This document shows, piece by piece, positions 21,208-32,000 of a stretch of 32,000 bases of DNA. Under the pieces are notes generated by a model, which did no database searches, was not told the DNA's origin, and saw nothing but the letters and a program-made list of their open reading frames with translations. Source of the DNA: Ureaplasma parvum serovar 3 str. ATCC 27815 (GTDB lineage: Bacteria > Bacillota_I > Bacilli_A > Mycoplasmatales > Mycoplasmoidaceae); the NCBI RefSeq assembly GCF_000019345.1, contig NC_010503.1, forward strand, positions 450,001 through 482,000. The letters run 5' to 3'. Within the stretch, counting starts at the first letter, position 1. Every line of letters begins with the position of its first letter. A program made the translations under genes and the position numbers.

Positions 21208-23910
21208 ATGAAAGATTATAAAAGCACCCTTAATATGCCTACTACAGGTTTTGAAATGCGTGCTAATTTAAACGTTAAAGAACCAAAAATTCAACAATTT
21301 TGAGTTGAACACCAAATTTATGAAAAATTGCTAACTAAAAATAAAGACAAGAAGCCTTTTATCTTGCATGATGGGCCGCCATATGCAAATGGAAATATTC
21401 ATATTGGTCACGCTTTAAATAAAATACTAAAAGATTTTGTTGTTTCATATCACAATATGAATAATTATTACTCTCCTTATATTCCAGGATGAGATACACA
21501 TGGTTTACCAATTGAGGTTGCCTTATCTAAAAAAATTAAATTATCTAATCTAAGTGTTAATGAACGTCGTGAACAATGTAAAAAATACGCTTTAGAACAA
21601 GTTAATAATCAAATACAACAATTTTTAAGATTAGGAATGATATCAGATTTTAAACAACGCTATTTGACATTAGACCATAATTACGAAATAGATCAATTAA
21701 AACTTTTTACTTATATGCTAAAAAAAGGTTTTATTTATCAAGACTTTAAGCCTGTTTTTTGGTCATGATCATCACAAACAGCATTAGCAGAATCAGAGAT
21801 CGAGTATGCTGATCGTCAATCTTCAGCTATTTACGTAAAAATGAAGGTAGTTGATCATAATGATTTGTTTACTGATAAACCAACATCATTAGTGATTTGA
21901 ACAACAACTCCATGAACATTACCAGCTAATTTAGCAATTGCAATTCATCCAGAATTAGTTTACAGTTTAATTGAATATAAAAATGAAAATTATATAATCG
22001 CTAAACCTCTTGTTGAAACTTTTGTAAAAAAAGTTGGGTTTGAAGATTATAAATGAATTAAAGATTTTAAAGCTAATACTTTAGAAAAAATAAAATATAT
22101 TTCACCAATTAGTAAAAAGCATGCTTTTGTGATCATGGATGAGTATGTTAGTGCTAATGACGGAACGGGTTTAGTTCATAATGCGCCTGCTTTTGGTTTA
22201 GAAGACTATTATGCATGTAAAAAATATGGTATTGAAACAGTAGTTATGATAGACCAATTTGGTAAATACAATGCATTAGTAAATGATTTAGAATTAGAAA
22301 ATATGTTTTATGAAGATGCTAATCAAGTTATTTTAAATCGTTTGATGAATGAACATTTATTAATCCATCATGAAGTTATCACTCATAGTGTTGCACATGA
22401 TTGAAGAACAAAAAAACCTGTTATGTATCGTGCCACAAAACAATGGTTTGTTTCTATTGAAAAAATTTTACCTAACATTTTGCAGACCCTAAATAACGAT
22501 GTTAAATCAACTAGTTTTAGAGGAATTGAAAGAATGCATGAAATGATTGTTAATCGTAAGGAATGATGTATATCACGTCAACGCGTTTGAGGTGTTCCTA
22601 TTCCTATGATTTTTGATGAGAATCATAATGCAATTATGGATCATGAATTAGTAGAAAATATCATTAATGTTTTAAATGAAAAAGGTGTTAATGCATGATT
22701 TGATTTAGATGTAAATGCTTTTTTAACACCTAAGTATTTAAGTATGAAAAATAAAACTTTTTATAAAGAAAAAGACATTATGGATGTTTGATTTGATTCT
22801 GGTAGTTCATATAATATTTTAGGACACTATAACCTAAATTATCCAGCAGACGTTTATTTAGAAGGTTATGATCAATATCGTGGTTGATTTAATTCTTCAT
22901 TAATTACAGGGACAATTTTAAACAATCGCGCACCTTATAAATATTTAGTAGCACATGGAATGGTTCTAGATGGTGAAGGATATAAGATGTCAAAATCAAA
23001 AGGAAATGTTGTTGATCCATTAGATGTATGTAAGATTTATGGAGCAGATGTTTTAAGATTATGAATTGCTAATTCAGATTATCAGAATGATACAAGAATT
23101 TCAGAAGAGATATTAAAACAAAATGCTGAAATTTACCGAAGAATTAGAAATACTTTATTTAAATATTCATTATCAATCTTAAATGATTTTGAACCAAGTG
23201 TTGATTTTAGTTTTAATGTTCGTCAAGAAGAGCAATTTGTTTTAAATGAATTTAATGAGTTACATATAAAAGTTATTAAAGCATATGAGAATTTTGATTA
23301 TCAAACCGTTGTTAAACTATTTAACAAATTTATCTTAGATTTATCATCATGATATTTTGAAAATATTAAAGATGATATGTACTGTTTGGCAATTAATGAT
23401 CCAATTCGCAAACAAATTCAATCAGCAGTTTATTGAATTTTAAAAAATTCATTAATTGATTTAACACCAATTATTCCACACACAACTGAAGAAGCTTACT
23501 CGTTTTTAAAAGATGCTAATAAAAAAGAATCAATCCGTTTAGAGGATTTTTATGATCAATCCCAATTTCAATTCAAAAAAGGCATTGCTCATGTTAAAGC
23601 ATTCTTTAGTATTAAAGATCAAATTTTTAATGAACTTGAAAATGCACGAAAAAATAATATTTTAAAGAAAAATAATGAAGCTTTTGTAACAATTGCAAAA
23701 AATTTGATTTTAGATGATTATTTGATAAATAATCCAAAACTATTAGCAAAATGGTTTGGTGTTGCTAAGATTGAATTTGCTAATAACACAAATGTGGCTA
23801 ATGCTAATTTTAAAAAGTGCTTACGTTGTTGAAATCATTTCCCTGATGAAGAAATGTACAATGATGAATTATCAATGAATTGTTATAAAGTAATTAATAA
23901 AATAAAATAG
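21208..23910 (+). CDS. ileS: Isoleucyl-tRNA synthetase
   Basis: [20 protein letters not shown] (HIGH), [25 protein letters not shown] (KMSKS); 900 aa with many TGA as Trp. Confidence 0.97.
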
Positions 23911-23913
23911 AAC

Positions 23914-26030
<2,117 letters not shown>

Positions 26031-26034
26031 ATTT

Positions 26035-26073
26035 AAAAAACGATACGCACAATAAAGGGCATATCGTTTTTTT
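26035..26073 (+). terminator. Intrinsic terminator downstream of metK
   Basis: AAAAAACGATA...TATCGTTTTTTT. Confidence 0.8.
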
Positions 26074-26087
26074 AATAAATAATATAA

Positions 26088-26169
26088 TGGTGCTCAAGAA
26101 GGGACTCGAACCCTTATGATTTCTCGGTTGATTTTGAGTCAACTGCGTCTGCCATTTCGCCACTTGAGC
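26088..26169 (-). tRNA. tRNA-Leu (anticodon CAA), CCA encoded
   Basis: Minus strand folds as GCTCAAG (acceptor) ... GTTGA-CTCAAAA-TCAAC (anticodon arm, CAA) ... AAGGG-TTCGAGT-CCCTT (T arm) ... CTTGAGC-A-CCA; TGGCAGAC D-loop typical of Leu. Confidence 0.92.
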
Positions 26170-26232
26170 AAATTAAACATTAATTATTATAACAATTTTG
26201 AATTTAAAATACTAGTAAAAGATTAATTAATT

Positions 26233-27060
26233 TTAGTTTTGACAATTTGGACAATAATAAGTTCCCCGACCGTTGACCTTTGTTTTTTGAATAATTGTTC
26301 CACAAATTTGGCATGGTTCTTTAGCGTGTGTGTGAACTAATAACATCTTTTGAAACAAACCTGTTTCATCATTACCAAATTTATAAGTGTGGATTGTTGT
26401 TCCTTTATTTTTAATTGATAATAATAAGATTCGTTGTGCTTCTTTTGTGATCTTTTCATAATTTTTTAAAGTAAGATTTTTAGCTAATATTGTAGGAAAA
26501 ATTTTAGCTGCAAATAAAATTTCATCAGCATAAATGTTACCAATTCCTGAAACAACAGATTGATCTAACAAGGCTGTTTTAATGGCTTTATTACTTTTTT
26601 TTAATTTTTCATACAAATACTGCGCTGAAAAATTATTATCTAGCGGATCTAAAGCAATCTTTTTTAATTCTTTTGAATCTAAAAAAGATTGTTGCTCATA
26701 AATGTGAAAAGTTCCAAATTGACGCGTATCATTATATCTTAATTGCATACCATTATTAAATTCAATAATAATATGAGTATGTGCTAAATTAAATCATTCC
26801 TCTTTTGCTTGATAATAAAATTTTCCCTCCATCCGCAAATGTACACTTAATACTAAATTATTACTTAAAAAAAATAATAAATATTTACCAAGACGTTTAA
26901 TTTTGACTATTTTATGATTAATTAACAGTTTTTCAAATTCTTGTGGTGTTTTATTTTTTAAAATTTTAGGTAAATGAACAATAGTTTTTTTAATAAAAAT
27001 ATCGAGAACATGATGATTTAAATAATCAACAATCGTTTGTACTTCTGGTAGCTCTGGCAT
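26233..27060 (-). CDS. mutM: Formamidopyrimidine-DNA glycosylase
   Basis: MPELPEVQTIVDYL N-terminus; GIGNIYADEILF; C-terminal zinc finger CQIC...CPNC. Confidence 0.95.
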
Positions 27061-27101
27061 TTTTTAAACCCCCTTATATAGCAGATTATAATATGGATAA
27101 A

Positions 27102-27971
27102 TTATTTATAATAATTTTGCATATTATTTATTTTTAAAGATGTGAATAACTCATCTAATTCTTGAGTATTATATGGTTTTAAAACAAAATTTTCTAATTT
27201 TTCATCAAACAATAAATCCGTTTGAATCGCCGCTAATTTTTTTGATAAAAAAGCCATATCTTTGTGTTCAATTAATTTATTTTTAACACTAGGTGCTATT
27301 TTTTCTAAATTAGTATAAATATTTTCTATATTATCATATTTTAAAAGTAAATTAATAGCTGTTTTAGGGCCGATTCCCTTCACGCCAATTAAATTATCAC
27401 TACTATCACCCACTAAACCCTTATATTCAATAATTTGATACGGTAAAATGCCATTATTTAATAATGAAAAATTTGTTAAATTAATTTCTTGCATAACACT
27501 TGTCCCTGTTTTTAAGAGTTTAAGTTTTGTGTTTTTGTTAATTAATTGCAACATATCACGATCTGAACTATAAATAGTTGTATCAACATCAAACTTATTC
27601 ATTAAATTACTAAAAGAACCAACAAAATCGTCAGCTTCAATTCCAGGTTGTGAAATTATTCGAAAACCCATAGCAACGAATAGTTTTTTTAAATAGGGTA
27701 ATTGAACAATTAGTTTTGCATCCATAGGTTTACGTGTCGCTTTGTAAGCAGCATATTCTTGAGCACGAAAAGTTTGTTTAGAAGCGTCCATAGCAATTAA
27801 ACCATAAGTAAATTGTTCTTGATTTAAAATCTTAAAAATCATTGAGGCTACTAATTTAATGGCATTAGTAGGCATTAATTGTTTTTCAACTGCTCATTCA
27901 GCTTGTTTATAAGTAGCGTGAAAGGCTCGATAAATCAATGAATTTCCATCAATAACAATTGCTTTTTTCAT
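27102..27971 (-). CDS. Stand-alone 5'-3' exonuclease (PolA N-terminal domain family), 289 aa
   Basis: [64 protein letters not shown]. Confidence 0.92.
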
Positions 27972-27974
27972 AAT

Positions 27975-30884
27975 CTAAATCCTTTGCTTAATATTTACAA
28001 TAAAATTAAAATGATTTAATAATTTAACTCCAAAAACATAAATACCTCCAATACTAATTTCATCAATTAAATATTTACTATTTTGAAAAATTGTTAGTGT
28101 TTGTTTTTTATTATCAATTAGTGTTTCTAAATAAAAGATATCATTCCCGTTTTTAGTTTTTGATTGCTTAATGTTTAAAACTTGTGCAAGAATGTTTGTT
28201 TCATAATTTGTGTTTATTTCATAAAAGTCTTTAATTGTATATTTTAGTTTATTATAATCAATTTCAGTTTTATAATTTGCGTAATTTAAACTATTCAAAT
28301 CAATTCCTAAATACTGAATTTCATCATCTAAATAACGATCATTAACACTCATATCTTTTGCATAATCTAAACCCACTAAATTTAAATCAAAAAAATGACC
28401 ATTCAATCCTGTTTTTTCAAAAATTTCATTCAAATTATTTAATAAAAATAAACGATTAATTCCAAAACTATCAAAAGTGCCGACTCGTATCAAAATTTCA
28501 ATGTTTTTTAAACTAACATTGCCTTTTTTTAAAGCATCAATGTATGAAATATAATCGCTTAAAGTTGATTTTTGCAGAGCAGATTTGATTTTTTTAAGTA
28601 ATTCATCACCAAAACCCTTAATTGTTTTGAAACCAAAACGAATTATTTGTTTTTGAGTATCAATAACAAAATCATTACTAAAATATTGAATATCAGGGCC
28701 CTTGATACTAATATTAAATTCTTTTGCTTCATTTAAGTATGATAATAATTTATCTTTTGATGCACTAGTATGTGATAATAATACACTTAAAAATTCTAAT
28801 GTATAATAATGTTTTAAATACGCTAATCAATAACTAATATATGAATATGCTAGTGAATGTGAATGGTTAAAACCATAATGTGCAAACGAAAAAATATATT
28901 CAAAAATTTGATTAACCAATGGTTGTTTATAATTATTATTCAAAGCACCATTGATAAAATCATCTTTTAATTGGATTAAAATTTTTTCATCTTTTTTTGA
29001 TATTGCACGGCGAAAATTATCGGAAGTAGCAATATCAAAATTTGCAATAGTTTTAACTAATTCAATCACTTGCTCTTGATAAACAATAATTCCATAAGTT
29101 GGTTCTAAAATTTTCCTTGTGGCTTCGTTTCAATAACTAAACTCTTCACGTTTAAAACGACGTTCAACAAATGTTTTAATATTTTGTTGTGGACCAGGAC
29201 GAAAAAGAGCTGAAACAATAGAAATATCTTCAATATTCTGAGGTTTGACCTTTAATAGTACTTTTTTCATTCCGGGCGATTCTAGTTGAAATATTCCGTT
29301 TGTCCTTGCTTTAGCTAAATCTTCAAAGACAAATTTATCATTATAGTTAATGTTAAAGAGATCAATTTTTTTATTTTGATTTTCATAAATCATTTTTAAA
29401 ACATTATCAATAATTGTTAAATTTTTCAAACCTAATAAATCCATTTTAATTAAACCAAAACGCTCTAAATATTCCATTGAATATTGTGATAAAGGACGGT
29501 CATTAATACCTAGTTGAATTGGAATAATATTTGAAATTAAACTATCACTTAAAATTATCCCTGCAGCGTGTGTGCCTATTTGGCGAGGAGCATTAATTAA
29601 TTTTTTAGAAATTTCAAACAACTCTTTATGCAAAAGATACATTTCTTTTAAAATCGTATTTTTTTTAATTGCTAAATCAAGATCTTCATCATATTCAGGT
29701 TTAATATTTTTACAAATTTTATCAATTACTTTTAAATCAATTCCCAAAATCCGCCCTACATCTCGAATAGCCATCTTCGCTTTTAAACGTTGAAACGTTA
29801 AAATGTAAGCAACATGATCATTGCCATATTTTTCAAATAAATATTCAATAACTAGATCGCGTTTTTCATCCATAATATCAGTATCAATATCTGGCATACT
29901 TTTTCTGGTAGGATTTAAAAAACGTTCAAAAATTAAATTATGTTTAATAGGATCAATATCTGTAATATGTAAACAATAAGCTACTAACGAACCAGCAGCA
30001 CTCCCACGTCCTGGCCCTACAATGATACCATTACTTTTAGCAAAATTAATAAAATCATAAACAATTAAAAAATAATCATCAAATTGTTTTTCATTAATAA
30101 CATCTAATTCATATTTTAATCTTTGAACATAAATTTTATTAACTTGGCCATCGTTAGCATTTAAGCGTTTTTTTAATCCGCTAATACATAATTGTTTTAA
30201 AATTTCACTTGAAATAATTGAATTTTGTTTATCATAAACCGGAATATTAATTGGTAAATCATGAATTTGTACTTTTAATTCATTTAAAACTTTATTTAAA
30301 TTATTTAAAGCAATTGGTGAAAAAAATGATTGTGCTAGATTATCATTTAGAAAATGATTATTATCAAAATCGCAACAATTTTTAAAATCTTCTAACTTTA
30401 AATCATTTTTGATTGCTAACATTGCTAAAAAAACAATTTTATCATTTTTGTTAGCATAGAAAACACTTTGTAATGCAATCGCATTAGGAGCATTTTGATC
30501 ATGCGTTTGATAAAAATTAGGACTCTTAAAAACTATAGTTCCTTTTTTACAAACAATAATTAAGTCATCAAAATCATCTTGAATTTCAAATTCTTTACTT
30601 GTCATAATTCAAGATGATCATTTGATTAATTTTAAATAGCCATTATAATTTTTAGCATAAGCTACTAAAGTAGCATTTTGATATTCAAATTCTAATCCGA
30701 TAATAGGAGTTAAATTATGTGCTTTTGCTTTATCATAAAATTCGATACAGCCATACATATTATTTAAATCAGTTAAGCAAACGTATGGTTGTTTGTTATC
30801 TAATGCGTATTTAATTAAATCATCAATACTTAAAGTACTATTAAGTAAAGAATAATGTGAATGCACATTTAAATTAATAAACAT
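27975..30884 (-). CDS. dnaE: DNA polymerase III alpha subunit, DnaE type (969 aa)
   Basis: PHP-like N-terminus NVHSHYSLL; GPGRGSAAGSLVAYCLHITDIDP, PDIDTDIMDEKRD, GLIKMDLLGLKNLT, IYQEQV, FAHYGFNHSHSLAYSYISYWLAYLK. ORF pieces are all in frame when TGA = Trp. Confidence 0.96.
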
Positions 30885-31096
30885 TATAAATTTTGTTGTT
30901 TCTCTTTAATAATTTTTTTGATCTTTTCACGTGTTTTCTTATCAATTTTTTCATATTCTAAGATATATGATAATTCTTCAATCGAATGTTCTTCGTACGG
31001 TTTTTGTTCATCAATATCATTAATATCGAAAATAGATGTTTCTTGTACTTTTGAACGCTCAAATAACTTTTCAAAATCACTTTTTTTATCACTCAT
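30884..31096 (-). CDS. Small hypothetical acidic/basic protein (70 aa), translationally coupled to dnaE
   Basis: Intact ORF overlapping the dnaE ATG (TAATG-type overlap); no recognised motif. Confidence 0.5.
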   Translation of the reverse strand: MSDKKSDFEKLFERSKVQETSIFDINDIDEQKPYEEHSIEELSYILEYEKIDKKTREKIKKIIKEKQQNL

Positions 31097-31180
31097 AATT
31101 TATTACACATCCTTATAAAAATTTTATTAATTTATTACCTAATATTATAAATAAAATTAGGTAATGGCTTATATTTTTAT

Positions 31181-32000
31181 TTAATCAACAACTATTTTAT
31201 TTTTAATTAGTGCATCAAGAGCACTTAATAAATTTTCTAATTGATCTATATTAGTTAAACTACAACCTGCTGCCAAATCATGTCCGCCTCCATTAAATTG
31301 ACTAGCAACCAAACGTACTTTGTACTTATTACTTCGTAATGAGACTTTATAAGTATTTGTATTTTCATCAAAATATACGATGAATCAAATGGGATAATTT
31401 TTAATATTACTTAATAAATAAACTTTATCTCCTCATCTTGTAAAATGATATTTTTGATTTCATTGCGGATCAATGTTTAAGTATGCAACTTGTCCTTGTG
31501 TTTTGATTGTTTTAACCAATTCATTATCAAATAAAATATCATTTAAATTACGTTCATACAATTGTTGATAAATTTGATAATGTTTGACATTATTTTTAAA
31601 AAATCAAGACATAATCTCATATGTAAAATCACTTACTTTATCGTACATCAAACGATTTGAATCAGTAGTAATACCTAATAAAAGATAATTTAAAGTTTTT
31701 AAATCAAAATTTAAATTAGTATGCATTAATGAATATGCTATCATTTCACAAGCTGCAATTGATTGATCATTAATGTATTCAAGATCAGTATAAGTTATTG
31801 TTTTTACATGATGATCAACTAAAATTGTTTTTTTTGCTAATCTATGTTTTTGTGATAAAACTCTTTCTTGATTAGCTGTATCAACAATAAAAGCTATTGA
31901 ATCTTTAATAAATTCATCATCAACTTCATTGGGATCAAATGTAAAAAAATTTTTAAAATCATTAGGATTTAATGCGTTAACCCCAACAATTTTAACTCTT
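31181..32000 (-). CDS. DHH/DHHA1 phosphoesterase, NrnA-like (partial; 5' end beyond window)
   Basis: AFIVDTANQER...KTILVDHHVKT, ITTDSNRLMYDKV, VRLVASQFNGGGHDLAAGCSL (GGGH motif). Stop TAA 31181-31183. Confidence 0.88.

Noticed and set aside
29572-29793. Plus-strand ORF 29572-29793, and similar small plus-strand ORFs 30918-31118 and 10172-10360.
   Set aside because: Antisense to well-supported genes (dnaE, the dnaE-linked ORF, FecCD permease) with no motif or RBS support.

Overview
The window is AT-rich Mollicutes chromosomal DNA that uses genetic code 4 (UGA = Trp). Nearly every apparent break in the supplied ORF track is an in-frame TGA inside an otherwise normal gene. With TGA read as Trp I get mostly housekeeping genes: the 3' end of a superfamily I helicase, clpB, a large predicted ABC-type permease, acpS, a DivIVA-like protein, rnhC, a FecCD-type import operon (lipoprotein plus two permeases), mnmA, plsY, grpE and dnaJ, ileS, tsaD, metK, tRNA-Leu(CAA), mutM, a PolA-like 5'-3' exonuclease, dnaE, and an nrnA-like DHH phosphoesterase. 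There are two intact-frame transposase remnants (IS256/mutator-like and IS3 OrfB-like) and several intrinsic terminators. The items most worth a second look are: (a) a consensus-quality promoter, TTGACT-N17-TATAAT, whose spacer is mostly a (TA)n tract, directed antisense into the IS256-like remnant; (b) a tandem pair of small paralogous membrane proteins between the divIVA-like gene and rnhC; (c) a CIRCE element at clpB and a symmetric variant CIRCE (TTAGCAATC-N9-GATTGCTAA) upstream of dnaJ-grpE; (d) a stand-alone IS3 HTH fragment with a His-rich tail that overlaps the end of a membrane-protein gene; (e) an iron/siderophore-type transporter operon with no ATPase gene. I saw no CRISPR array or recognisable defence system. 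The assignment to a Ureaplasma-like organism is inference only.
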